A stretch of DNA of 64,000 nucleotides, taken from NCBI GenBank assembly GCA_963707955.1, contig OY970176.1, forward strand, positions 1,376,001 to 1,440,000, in the 5' to 3' direction. The position numbers and the translations under genes were made by a program. Each line of letters starts with the position of its first letter. Within the stretch, counting starts at the first letter, position 1. Shown here piece after piece: positions 30,352-39,552 of the stretch. A model generated the notes under the pieces. The model did not search any database and was not told where the DNA came from. It saw only the letters and a program-made list of their open reading frames with translations. The stretch comes from Candidatus Bathyarchaeota archaeon. GTDB taxonomy: Archaea; Thermoproteota; Bathyarchaeia; Bathyarchaeales; Bathycorpusculaceae.

Positions 30352-30804
30352 ATGGCCAAGTTCAAAGTCATCGTTTCAGACCCCGAAACGGGGACATCAA
30401 AGGCGGTTGAGCTTGAAGAAGCACGCGCTACCCCTTTGATCGGCAAGAGAATAGGCGAAGTCATAGACGGAACAATAGTCGATTTCGCAGGACACAAGGT
30501 CCAAATCATGGGCGGCTCCGACAAGGACGGGTTCCCGATGAGGCCGAGCGTACATGGCGGTGTTCGCCGAAGAATAGTTCTCAGCGGCGGCGTAGGCCTG
30601 AACCCGCTGAACGGGGGCATGAGGAGACGCAAAAGCATTCGGGGAAACGTCATAACGGACGAGATCGTTCAGGTAAACGCGAAAATCGTGGAAAAGCCGA
30701 AACATCCTAAAGAAGGAAAGAAACCGAAGGAAAAGAAGGAAGAAAAAACAGCTCCAAAAGAACCTGAGCAACAAGCCAAAGCTCAAACGCAAACCAGCAC
30801 TTGA
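30352..30804 (+). CDS. rps6e: 30S ribosomal protein S6e
   Basis: GGSDKDGFPMR, RRRKSIRGN; K/E/Q-rich C-terminal tail. Confidence 0.97.
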   Translation: MAKFKVIVSDPETGTSKAVELEEARATPLIGKRIGEVIDGTIVDFAGHKVQIMGGSDKDGFPMRPSVHGGVRRRIVLSGGVGLNPLNGGMRRRKSIRGNVITDEIVQVNAKIVEKPKHPKEGKKPKEKKEEKTAPKEPEQQAKAQTQTST

Positions 30805-30879
30805 TGAGAGCTTAACGTTTATTAGCCGCAGCATTTCTAATCCTTCAATAATTTGTAAACGTTCATAGGAAAGTGAAGA

Positions 30880-32124
30880 ATGAGCAGCGAAAAACGGGCA
30901 CCCATGCCTCGTCAACCCGAAATCAACATCGGCACAATAGGACATGTTGACCATGGCAAAACAACACTAGTTCAGGCGCTGACTGGTGTCTGGGCGTCGA
31001 GACACAGCGAAGAACTCAAGAGAGGCATCACGATCAAACTGGGCTACGCAGACATGGCAGTTTACAGGTGTCCCAAGTGTGAGCCGCCGAACAACTACAC
31101 TACAAAACCAGCTTGCCCCGTCTGTGGCTCAAAAGCCGTTTTCGTCCGAGCGATCAGCTTCGTTGACGCCCCAGGTCATGAAGCTCTGATGGCAACCATG
31201 CTCTCCGGCGCCGCAATAATGGACGGAGCGTTACTCGTGATAGCGGCAGACGAACCATGTCCTCAACCGCAGACCAGAGAACACTTGGCCGCGGTCGGTG
31301 TTATAGGCATAAAGAACATCGTCATAGTCCAGAACAAGATCGACATCGTTGACGAGAAGAGGGCCCGCCAGAGCTACGCTGAGATAAAGAACTTCGTGAA
31401 AGGAACCGTGGCAGAAGACGCCCCTATCATTCCCATGTCAGCACAGCACGGAGTCAACGTAGATGTTCTCCTGCAAGCGATAGAAGAGGTTATGCCGACG
31501 CCGAAAAGGGATGAAACAAAGCCGCCGTTCATGTACATAATACGTTCTTTTGACATCAACAAACCGGGCACGCCTGTCGACAAGCTGGAAGGCGGCGTGC
31601 TAGGAGGCACGATAATCCAGGGCAAGTTCACGGTCGAAGAAGAACTGGAGATACTCCCAGGAATAGCGACAGAAGGGAAGAACACGTATGAGCCCCTGTT
31701 CAGCGAAATCGTAAGCCTTGAGGCCGGCGGAAAGAACGCGAATGAAGTTCACTGCGGCGGCCTAGTAGGCGTAGGAACACTCCTTGACCCATCATATTCG
31801 AAGGCCGACAGCCTCATCGGAAACATCGCCGGAAAACGAGGAATGCTGCCTCCAATATTGGCAGAGGTTATCCTTGAAACTCACATTCTTGACAGAGCCG
31901 TAGGAACAAAAGAGCTGATGAAAATCGAAGAAGTCGCGATGAACGAAACACTGCTCATGCACGTCGGTGCCGCCATAACGGTCGGAAAAGTCTCCTCAAT
32001 AAGAAAGGACAGCGTTCAGATCAAACTCACGAGGCCGGTCTGCGTGCAAACAGGATCAAGAGTTGCGCTGAGCAGAAAAATCGCAGGAAGATGGCGGCTA
32101 ATAGGCTATGGAATGATACGGTAA
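30880..32124 (+). CDS. eif2g: Translation initiation factor 2 gamma subunit
   Basis: GHVDHGKT, RGITIKLGY, DAPGH, NKID, WRLIGYG. Confidence 0.98.
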   Translation: MSSEKRAPMPRQPEINIGTIGHVDHGKTTLVQALTGVWASRHSEELKRGITIKLGYADMAVYRCPKCEPPNNYTTKPACPVCGSKAVFVRAISFVDAPGHEALMATMLSGAAIMDGALLVIAADEPCPQPQTREHLAAVGVIGIKNIVIVQNKIDIVDEKRARQSYAEIKNFVKGTVAEDAPIIPMSAQHGVNVDVLLQAIEEVMPTPKRDETKPPFMYIIRSFDINKPGTPVDKLEGGVLGGTIIQGKFTVEEELEILPGIATEGKNTYEPLFSEIVSLEAGGKNANEVHCGGLVGVGTLLDPSYSKADSLIGNIAGKRGMLPPILAEVILETHILDRAVGTKELMKIEEVAMNETLLMHVGAAITVGKVSSIRKDSVQIKLTRPVCVQTGSRVALSRKIAGRWRLIGYGMIR

Positions 32125-32125
32125 A

Positions 32126-32551
32126 ATGACGGCAGAACCTAGGCCTGCAAGAAGAAAATTGAAGATTATACTCGATTCAAACGCTCTGTTCGTTCCGCTT
32201 CAGTTCAACATCGACCTTTTCGAAGATTTAAAAAAGCTTTTGAACAGGAATTTTGAGCTTGTCCTGCTTTCCCCAACCCGGCTGGAGCTTGAGAGAATAG
32301 CAACTCAAGGTTCTTCCAGCATGCGCAAGAACGCGGCTCTTGCACTGAAACTGGCTGAAAAGTGCAAGCCACTGGATATCGGTCCACGAACAGGCGCGTC
32401 CACAGACGACCTTATCGTCCAAGCGGCTGCAAAGTACAAGTACCCAGTGTTCACGAACGACAGACAACTGAGGAACAGGCTAAGAGATATAAATGTGCCA
32501 GTTGTTTATGTGAGGCAAAAGTCACGGTTAGAAATTGACGGGAGGCTGTAA
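32126..32551 (+). CDS. PIN-domain protein (Fcf1/Utp24-like)
   Basis: ILDSNAL, TDDLI, TNDRQL; conserved position after eIF2-gamma. Confidence 0.92.
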   Translation: MTAEPRPARRKLKIILDSNALFVPLQFNIDLFEDLKKLLNRNFELVLLSPTRLELERIATQGSSSMRKNAALALKLAEKCKPLDIGPRTGASTDDLIVQAAAKYKYPVFTNDRQLRNRLRDINVPVVYVRQKSRLEIDGRL

Positions 32552-32554
32552 CCC

Positions 32555-33151
32555 CTGTTTAAACTTGTAACCTTAGAAGACACGATTCGGATTCCGCCTG
32601 ACACATTCGGCAACCCACTCGAATCGGTGGGATACCAGCAGGTCAAGGCGAAATACGAAGGAGTCGTCGACGAGGAGCTAGGCTATGTCATAGCCGTAAC
32701 CGAAGCGAAAGTAAGCTCCATGGGCAAGATAATCCCAGGCGACGGCGCTACGTATCACAGGGTGAACTTTTCACTTTTAACCTTCTACCCTAAAATTCAA
32801 GAAGTCGTGGAAGGCGAAGTCGTTGAGATGGCCGACTTCGGCGCTTTCGTCCGCATCGGACCGATTGACGCGCTGCTTCACGTTTCCCAACTCATGGACG
32901 ACTTCATCTCTTACGACGAGAAGCAAGGAGTATTGCTGGGAAAGGAAAGTAAACGCAAGCTGATGAGCGGCGACCAAGTTCGCGTCCGCATAACCGCAGT
33001 ATCGCTTGGCAGAGCTGGAAGTTCGGGAAAAATCGGCGTCACAGCAAGACAGCCCTTCCTTGGCAAGCTTGAATGGATTGAAACCGACTTGAAGAAGATG
33101 AAGGAAGCAGCGGAGAAGAAAGCATCCGAGAAAAAGGTGAGAGCAGAATGA
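32555..33151 (+). CDS. rpo7: RNA polymerase subunit E' (Rpo7), CTG start
   Basis: In-frame extension from CTG 32555 gives (M)FKLVTLEDTIRIPP..FG; GDGATY, FGAFVRIGPIDALLHVSQ, RQPFLGK. Confidence 0.95.
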   Translation: MFKLVTLEDTIRIPPDTFGNPLESVGYQQVKAKYEGVVDEELGYVIAVTEAKVSSMGKIIPGDGATYHRVNFSLLTFYPKIQEVVEGEVVEMADFGAFVRIGPIDALLHVSQLMDDFISYDEKQGVLLGKESKRKLMSGDQVRVRITAVSLGRAGSSGKIGVTARQPFLGKLEWIETDLKKMKEAAEKKASEKKVRAE

Positions 33152-33333
33152 GCGAAAAAGCCTGCCCAAACTGTCACTGTCTGAGCAGAGGAAACGTCTG
33201 TCCTAAGTGCAAAGCGACAGGCCTGAGCGACGATTTTAGCGGTTTGGTGATCATCTTTGACCCTGAAGGCTCAGCAATTGCAAAGGCCATGAACATCAAA
33301 GACAAAGGCCGCTTTGCCCTAAGGGTCAGATGA
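33148..33333 (+). CDS. spt4: Transcription elongation factor Spt4 (RpoE'')
   Basis: ACPNC...CPKC...FSGLVIIFDPEGS.IAK...GRFALRVR. Confidence 0.95.
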   Translation: MSEKACPNCHCLSRGNVCPKCKATGLSDDFSGLVIIFDPEGSAIAKAMNIKDKGRFALRVR

Positions 33334-33334
33334 G

Positions 33335-33865
33335 ATGGCTGTTCAACACTATCTTACACCCGAACTGCGCGAAACTCTGAAGCAACCGTTGGGCACTCTG
33401 ATTCGAGGCTCTTTTGTCGACACAATGAAAAGACTGAAGAAAATGGTTGAGCAAGAAAACCCTACGAGCATAATTTCCGTCGGGGATACTGTCTCAAAGA
33501 ACCTTGCGGAGAACGGCTTTTCCCCCAAATTGTACATAATAGACAACAACTGCATGAGGAGGAGCACGAAACCTTCTAAGTTGCCTGCAGACCGGACAGT
33601 TTACATCACAAATCCTCGAGGAACAATTACAGACGAAGCCGAACAAGCGATAAAAGCTGCCTTGAAAGAGAGTGAACATGTCAAAATCGTCGTCAAAGGC
33701 GAAGAAGACCTGTTGACGCTCGTTGCCATCGCCTACGCGTCCGAAGACTCGTACGTCATATACGGTCAGCCACACGAAGGCATCGTCGTGGTCAAGGTCA
33801 CTCCTGACAAGAAAAGAGAAATCGCATCAATCCTAGAGTCCATGGAAAAGCGTTCAAAAAGCTAA
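33335..33865 (+). CDS. GTP-dependent dephospho-CoA kinase (DUF359)
   Basis: LKQPLG, VGD.VS, NPRGTIT, GEEDLL, YGQP.EG. Confidence 0.93.
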   Translation: MAVQHYLTPELRETLKQPLGTLIRGSFVDTMKRLKKMVEQENPTSIISVGDTVSKNLAENGFSPKLYIIDNNCMRRSTKPSKLPADRTVYITNPRGTITDEAEQAIKAALKESEHVKIVVKGEEDLLTLVAIAYASEDSYVIYGQPHEGIVVVKVTPDKKREIASILESMEKRSKS

Positions 33866-33908
33866 ATAAGAGAGTGTAACATCAAGTCAACACCGCACAC
33901 GAGGAAAC

Positions 33909-34226
33909 ATGATGGAAGTCAACATAGTGTCACAGAAAGAGAACCCGCTGCTGAAGCGGAAGGAAATTCGTTTTAACGTCAAACACGTCGCAGGCGCCAC
34001 ACCACCGAGACTAGAAATCAGAAAAGCAGTCGCAGACGCGTTGAAGTCAAACGTGGACCTGATTTTTGTCAAAAAATTCGAAACAAGGCCTGGAACTCAC
34101 ACGGCTGTAGGCGTGGCGAACCTTTACGATTCTGCCGAACAGGCGAAACTCATCGAACCGAATTACATTATCAAAAGAAACGTTCCTCCTCCCGAGAAGC
34201 CTAAAGAAGAAGAGAAGAAGGGGTAG
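33909..34226 (+). CDS. rps24e: 30S ribosomal protein S24e
   Basis: ENPLLKRKEI, ATPPR, IEP.YIIKRN. Confidence 0.95.
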   Translation: MMEVNIVSQKENPLLKRKEIRFNVKHVAGATPPRLEIRKAVADALKSNVDLIFVKKFETRPGTHTAVGVANLYDSAEQAKLIEPNYIIKRNVPPPEKPKEEEKKG

Positions 34227-34234
34227 AGTAGAAA

Positions 34235-34555
34235 ATGCCCAAGAAGGAAGAAAAGAAAGAGGCGCCTAAGAAGGGAGAAGAGCCCAAGAAAGAAGTGAAG
34301 AAAGCAGAAGAAGCCCCAGTGGAAGCGCCGAAGGAAGAAGCAAAACCTGCGAAACCCGAGAAAGCTGCAAAACCCGAGAAAAAGAAGAAGGAAGAAAAGG
34401 GCGTTTTCAAACTGTACAGGGTTGAGGCTGAAAAGGTCATTAGACTTCGCCCAACATGCGAACGATGCGGACCCGGATACTTCATGGCGGACCATGGTAA
34501 CAGGTACACTTGTGGACACTGCGGGTTCACGCGGTACAAGCCCGCTAAGGAATGA
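34235..34555 (+). CDS. rps27ae: 30S ribosomal protein S27ae with long K/E/P/A-rich N-terminal extension
   Basis: CERCGPGYFMADH.NRYTCGHCGFT. Confidence 0.95.
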   Translation: MPKKEEKKEAPKKGEEPKKEVKKAEEAPVEAPKEEAKPAKPEKAAKPEKKKKEEKGVFKLYRVEAEKVIRLRPTCERCGPGYFMADHGNRYTCGHCGFTRYKPAKE

Positions 34556-34589
34556 ACATCTTTAAATTATCCGACACCGTGATAGCTTC

Positions 34590-35030
34590 TTGATGGTAAA
34601 CGAAATGCTCAGAGTAAACGTCGTCATCTCAAATATTTCTGCCGAACGTTTCTTAGACTTTAGGAAGCCTTTCCCTCAAGTTCATATAAACACGAACCTT
34701 AACCTTACGGGGATGGAGAAGAAACTGGATGAGTCATTGGACGTTCCGTTCGTTCTGACTATCAGTTACAACCCTTCAGTGGCGCAGATAAACCTGAAGG
34801 GAACCGCATACGTGGTCGGCGACAAGGGTGAAACTGAAAGCGTCTACAAGGAATACGAAGAGAAGAAACCCCCGCCACCAATTATAGTACAGTCAGTTTC
34901 AAACGTTGCCTTCATCGAGTCTGTCCTGATATCCAGAACATTGAACATTCCGCCACCTATCCCGCTGCCCCAAATAGGGGAAACTAAGCCAGGCGAGAAG
35001 AAGCCCGTAGGCAGGGATTACAGCGCCTGA
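34590..35030 (+). CDS. Conserved archaeal hypothetical protein
   Basis: ISAERF...FVLTISYNPSVAQINLKG...SRTLNIPPPIPLP. Confidence 0.75.
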   Translation: MMVNEMLRVNVVISNISAERFLDFRKPFPQVHINTNLNLTGMEKKLDESLDVPFVLTISYNPSVAQINLKGTAYVVGDKGETESVYKEYEEKKPPPPIIVQSVSNVAFIESVLISRTLNIPPPIPLPQIGETKPGEKKPVGRDYSA

Positions 35031-35058
35031 ACAGGGCGAGAAGCAAGTTACCAGCAGG

Positions 35059-35463
35059 TTACTTCAGCGGCACGTACATCGAGGAACGCGACGCGCCGAT
35101 GCCGGGAGTACCGTGTCTAACAGGCTTGTTTGTGACTGCAAACTCTCCCAGGTAATGTCCAATCATTTCAGGCTTTATTTCCACCTGCACAAAATCTTTG
35201 CCGTTGTGCACCTGGATCAGCAAGCCGACCATTTCAGGCAGAATTATCATGTTCCGCACGTGCGTTTTAATGGCAGGGTTGCCTCCCTTTCGAAGCTCTT
35301 CCCTCGCGCGCCTGACCTTTTCAAGCAGTATCCTCTGCTCCGCCTGCAAACCCCGATGAAGACTCCTTCTCTGCCTTGAAGGGAGAAGGTCGATGAATTC
35401 GTCCATTGACATGCTCTGCAGCTGGCTCAACGAAAGCCCGCGATACATGAACTCTTTCGGCAT
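35059..35463 (-). CDS. rps19: 30S ribosomal protein S19
   Basis: [34 protein letters not shown]. Confidence 0.98.
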   Translation of the reverse strand: MPKEFMYRGLSLSQLQSMSMDEFIDLLPSRQRRSLHRGLQAEQRILLEKVRRAREELRKGGNPAIKTHVRNMIILPEMVGLLIQVHNGKDFVQVEIKPEMIGHYLGEFAVTNKPVRHGTPGIGASRSSMYVPLK

Positions 35464-35494
35464 TTTTATCTCACCCTGCTTGCCGTATTAGACA

Positions 35495-36259
35495 TTATAA
35501 ACCCTCTCCTATTTTTTGCTTATCGCGCGCGCTCTTGTTTTTGCGTCCGGTGCCTCTTGCAGCTATCAGACCGACTTTTTGTCCTGGCGGAGCGCCGTGC
35601 GACGTTGTAGTGACCTTTCTTGCGCTCCTTTTACTACTGCCATACGGATGCACAGCGGCAACCATCTTTCTTCCACTTGTCCTCGGGTACTTGCGCCCCC
35701 TAGCCCTCATCAAGTGGAACTTCGCGCCTGCTCTCAGGAAGGGTTTGTCCGTTCTTCCGGACGCTGAGACGATGCCGATCGTTGCTCGACAATAGTCAGC
35801 CACGTACTTTGACTTTCCAGACGGCAACTTGATTATCGTCCCTTTGGGCGTGTGAGTAACGACCGTCGCGTACGATCCTGAGGATTTTGAAAGCTTGCCG
35901 CCGTCCCCGGGGCGGAGTTCCACGTTGCAGACCATTGTGCCTTCTGGGATCTTGCCAACTGGCATGATGTTGCCCACGTCGACTGGAGCCTTCCCGCCAA
36001 TCTGAATCTGTTTGCCCTCGTAGACCCCTTCAGGAACAACCGTGAAGAATGTTTGTCCATCTTCAGACCGTATCAGTCCCAGAGGTGTTCCTCGCCCAGG
36101 GTCATGAAGGAGCTCTTCAATCACGCAGTTGAATGATGACTCAAATTCCTTCAGTTTTGTCGTTGGCGGGTACCGAGCAGGGGCCACCCTCTTGTGGGTT
36201 GCGGCTCGGAACGTGGAGCCTCCACGCCCGCGTCTTTGAACACGAATTCTCTTTCCCAC
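35495..36259 (-). CDS. rpl2: 50S ribosomal protein L2
   Basis: MGKRIRVQRRGRG, HDPGRG, LPSG, HPYG, PPGQKVGLIAAR. Confidence 0.98.
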   Translation of the reverse strand: MGKRIRVQRRGRGGSTFRAATHKRVAPARYPPTTKLKEFESSFNCVIEELLHDPGRGTPLGLIRSEDGQTFFTVVPEGVYEGKQIQIGGKAPVDVGNIMPVGKIPEGTMVCNVELRPGDGGKLSKSSGSYATVVTHTPKGTIIKLPSGKSKYVADYCRATIGIVSASGRTDKPFLRAGAKFHLMRARGRKYPRTSGRKMVAAVHPYGSSKRSARKVTTTSHGAPPGQKVGLIAARGTGRKNKSARDKQKIGEGL

Positions 36260-36277
36260 TGTCAGTCCACCATACAG

Positions 36278-36313
36278 GTTTAAAGTATTCCAAGTGTTTA
36301 AAGTATTCCAAGT
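36278..36313. repeat. Perfect 18-bp tandem duplication GTTTAAAGTATTCCAAGT x2
   Basis: Copies at 36278-36295 and 36296-36313; duplicates the last codons and stop of rpl23. Confidence 0.95.
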
Positions 36314-36558
36314 CTGATTGCAATGTCGACTGCCTTGTAATCTGGATGAAGCTTGACGAACGCCTTCTTTTCGCCGGTCGAGGTGATCAGAACGTTGATG
36401 TCTTCAACTCTCACTTCGTAGAGCGTTTCAACCGCCTTTTTGACATCAGATTTGTTTGCTTTCAGGCTGACCATGAAAACCAGTTTGTTCTCTTTTTCAA
36501 CCATGAGGCTGGCGGACTCAGTCATTAAAGGATAGAGTATGACATCATAAGGGTCCAT
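36298..36558 (-). CDS. rpl23: 50S ribosomal protein L23
   Basis: P..TE, ENKLVF.V...ANK..VKKAVE, GEKKAFVKL. Confidence 0.97.
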   Translation of the reverse strand: MDPYDVILYPLMTESASLMVEKENKLVFMVSLKANKSDVKKAVETLYEVRVEDINVLITSTGEKKAFVKLHPDYKAVDIAIRLGIL

Positions 36559-37349
36559 TACGCCTGCCCTCCTTGGCCGTGCAGCTTAGCAAGCTCCTCA
36601 ACCGCGCTGCTTGTCCATATCGTGAATCTTCCAGGATGCGTGCCCGGAGCCAATATCTCCGGGTTAAGGTTTCTGACCGCGACAACGTCCACGCCTGGGA
36701 TGTTTCCTGCTGCTTCCATTATCCCCTTATTCTCAGCAACGACTATGAGTGGCCCAACAGCCTGCTTCATCTTTCTTCCTCTGCTCTTACCCTTCCCAGC
36801 CCTCACCTTTCTGCTCTCTCTCACCCGGACAATCTCTGACAACACTCCCAACCGTATGAGAACCTCTTCAACTTCCTTGGTCCTCTTCAAGCCTTCCAGT
36901 TCAGACGAGACTACAAGCGGAATTTGCGGCACGTCCTCAATGCTGTGACCCCTCTTGGCCACAGTCTCTTTCGATGCCGTCGCTGCTATAGCCGAGAACA
37001 GGGCTAGCCTCTTCTCCTTCTTCGGAATCCTCTTAACAATCTTCTTCTCCGAGGTTGGTGGATGCGACTGCCTTCCCCCGACCGTTCCCGGTGCGAAAGC
37101 CGCTCTTGCAGACGCAGTCTTGCGTCTCGGCAATCTGGCTTGGCCTGAACCTGTGCCTCTGGATTCGGCTGTCGTTCTCTTTCCCGCCATGGGGTCTCTG
37201 CCCTGTGGTTGAAGCCTATTTGACTGTATTGCCAGAACAGCCCGCTTTATGACGTCCGGCCTCAGCGGTGTCGCGAAAACTGGTGGAAGCTCAATCTTTC
37301 CCACCGCCTTACCTTCAAGGTTGAAAACCTTCGCCGCCTTCTTAACCAT
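36558..37349 (-). CDS. rpl4: 50S ribosomal protein L4
   Basis: LRPDVIKRA, TTAES.GTG, RAGKGK.RGR, LAPGTHPGR. Confidence 0.98.
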   Translation of the reverse strand: MVKKAAKVFNLEGKAVGKIELPPVFATPLRPDVIKRAVLAIQSNRLQPQGRDPMAGKRTTAESRGTGSGQARLPRRKTASARAAFAPGTVGGRQSHPPTSEKKIVKRIPKKEKRLALFSAIAATASKETVAKRGHSIEDVPQIPLVVSSELEGLKRTKEVEEVLIRLGVLSEIVRVRESRKVRAGKGKSRGRKMKQAVGPLIVVAENKGIMEAAGNIPGVDVVAVRNLNPEILAPGTHPGRFTIWTSSAVEELAKLHGQGGQA

Positions 37350-37362
37350 TAGCATTCACCGA

Positions 37363-38376
37363 CTATCTTCCCTGCGGAGACTCAAGGGATATTTGGGTTA
37401 TTTGCGGCGGCTCTTCCGGTACTCCTCTCGGTGGGCGTGCCGGGTAGCGCATTCGTATTGGACGCTTCTCCGTGCCTGCTATGCTTCCTGCAAGAAGCAC
37501 GTAGGGACCTTTGACTAAGCCGTATCTTAGGAAACCACCTTTTGGCGTGATCTCTTTTCCATCCTTACCTATCTTGAGGATTCGTTTGTTGTACTCTGTT
37601 CTCTGATGAAAACCCATTTGCCCTGCTCTTGGGACGCTGTACATTACGTGGTGCGGGTTCCACGGGCCCAGCGTTGCAACGCCTCTCTTTGTCTTTCTTC
37701 CCTTAGCCTGGAGTATTGTGACTCCCCAACGTTTTACAGGTCCTTGAAAGCCCTTACCTGTTGAAACTGAAGCTATGTCAACGTACTGGCCTTCCTTGAA
37801 AATCTCCGCCGGGGTTGCGGTTTTCCCAAGAAGGCTTTTTGCGTACTCGAACTGTTGCTGGACTGTTCCTCCGCCTATTTCTATTTCTGCCATGTCAGGC
37901 TTCTTCTTCGGCACACTTGTCTGCCTTGGCTGAGTTACAGCGATAACACGGACCCTCACAACTCGAGGCAGGTTCTCCTCGATCTTCTTCAGAGCTTCTT
38001 CCGTCTTGAAATCTTCCGCAAGCGTGAAAACTCTTTCTAAGTCGTCTGGCAGGTCTTTCGCCCATGCTTCAGCTAAGGTTCGCAAACCATTGACGTCTTT
38101 CGCGTAGACCTTTACGCCGCAGACAAGAATGGGCGGGGTCTCCAAGATCGTGGCTGGAAGAATCACTTCCTTGCCAAAATCCGGCGAACGCTTCCAGTCT
38201 TCTATCGTGAACACGTGGGTCATGCCGGCTTTGTAGCCTGTAAACCCTAGAAGCCGAGGCGTTTCTGATTCAACTCTGGGCCAGAAGCGCACTCTGGCCA
38301 GTAAGTGTTCAGCACGTTTCCTGGGCAAATATGCCAGAGAACCATGTCTTGGAGCGTGCGTTTTACGATGTCCCAT
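37363..38376 (-). CDS. rpl3: 50S ribosomal protein L3
   Basis: APRHGSL, GYKAGMTH, GKGFQGPVKRWG, PRAGQMGFHQRTEYNK. Confidence 0.98.
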   Translation of the reverse strand: MGHRKTHAPRHGSLAYLPRKRAEHLLARVRFWPRVESETPRLLGFTGYKAGMTHVFTIEDWKRSPDFGKEVILPATILETPPILVCGVKVYAKDVNGLRTLAEAWAKDLPDDLERVFTLAEDFKTEEALKKIEENLPRVVRVRVIAVTQPRQTSVPKKKPDMAEIEIGGGTVQQQFEYAKSLLGKTATPAEIFKEGQYVDIASVSTGKGFQGPVKRWGVTILQAKGRKTKRGVATLGPWNPHHVMYSVPRAGQMGFHQRTEYNKRILKIGKDGKEITPKGGFLRYGLVKGPYVLLAGSIAGTEKRPIRMRYPARPPRGVPEEPPQITQISLESPQGR

Positions 38377-38835
38377 TATTTTTTCGCTTCGCGACTTCTA
38401 GGAATGAGAACAATGAGTTACAATGGTCTCCTAAAGGAGAACATTAAACCTATCGTTCTCACTCTCTATTTTTAAGTGCTTTAAGAGAAAAAGGCATGGA
38501 AGTATTTATTCTTTCTTTAAGCCTTCCTCAACGTTATGCTCCCGTCGCTGTTTTTCTCGATTCTTAGAATCATTCCCTTCTGCCTGCACGTCGCAGATGA
38601 CGTTTGGATAGTGTTTCCGTGGGAAGCACGTTGATGTGGCGCTCGCGCACATCCTCTTTCTCATTTTGTTGTTGAGATGCAGTTGATGGGACATTTTGTT
38701 ATTTTAACTGACAAAAAAGGCAGTTAATGTATATTTTAAGTGAGACTGTGATACTTCAGAGAATTATGTCCACAGTTGCTTCCAGATCTTTCAAGCAAGA
38801 CTACCACAAGACAACTTTCATATTAGGTATCTTTG

Positions 38836-38849
38836 TTAGCGCGCGCTAA
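38836..38849. repeat. Perfect palindrome TTAGCGCGCGCTAA, type copy of the iterated (CG)n motif
   Basis: Read directly; related tracts near 924, 16594, 39329, 39691, 42075, 42607, 42910, 44094, 45017, 45595, 47970, 49431, 50454, 50987, 51156, 51846, 59563. Confidence 0.95.
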
Positions 38850-38932
38850 TGAGCTAGATTTTGACTGTTTGACAATGATGAAAAGTGATATCTGTCAGAG
38901 CCTTATCAATACCATTTGTAGAGGCATCGAGG

Positions 38933-39323
38933 TTGGACTATAGTGAAATCTTGGTTGGACTGGTATCAGTGGTCGTAGGTGCTTTCGTTGGTTTTCTCGG
39001 TTCAATAATACGCGACTGGCGGAAAGAGAAGAACGAGAAGAAAGAGTTGAAGAGTCGCATAAAAGAAGACCTTGAAATCATCAAAGATAAACTGGTTTCC
39101 GACCTGCAAACAGGAAACGTGCGTCCTCAAGCATTTTTTATTGAGGTGTATGCGGCTCTGAAGCAAGAAGCTAATTCGTAACTTAAATGTGAAAATATCT
39201 CAAAGCGTTCTACGGACTCACATCACGCTTGATGAACTGAGAATGCCTTTGCCAGAGGAAGAGTTGAAAAAGAAGTATTTAGAAGCCATGAATGTAATAA
39301 ACGGAACCTTGAAATTACTCTAG
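38933..39323 (+). pseudogene. Frameshifted single-TM helical protein (about 130 aa)
   Basis: TTG start after GAGG; TM helix ILVGLVSVVVGAFVGFLGSII; removing 1 nt near 39170 continues LIRNLNVK...GTLKLL* to 39323. Confidence 0.6.
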
Positions 39324-39407
39324 GACTACGCGCGCCCGAACTACATGCTCAGACAAAATCCAAGACTTAATGAGAAAGAAGTTCATTAGAGTATTGAGAG
39401 TCTGTTT

Positions 39408-39521
39408 ATGAGCAGGCGTAGACGGTTTGACAGACTTGAATGTCAGGGTTGCATTTACAAGGGTAGCACGTACTGCTGGAGACAGTGCCCGTATAACATC
39501 TGGAAGACGGAAGAATACTAG
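39408..39521 (+). CDS. 37-aa Cys-rich microprotein
   Basis: MSRRRRFDRLECQGCIYKGSTYCWRQCPYNIWKTEEY; a homologous relic at 49864-49911 supports coding status. Confidence 0.65.
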   Translation: MSRRRRFDRLECQGCIYKGSTYCWRQCPYNIWKTEEY

Positions 39522-39552
39522 ATCTCACGCTGAGCGAACGCAACGATTGAGA

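Noticed and set aside
4095-37518. Many 60-185 aa tracked ORFs overlapping housekeeping genes (e.g. 4489-4971, 14346-14885, 30397-30954)
   Set aside because: Antisense or alternate-frame shadows of well-supported genes with no recognisable motifs.
35059-38376. Ribosomal operon ending at rps19 without rpl22/rps3
   Set aside because: Breaks in the S10-like cluster are common in TACK archaea; not considered novel.
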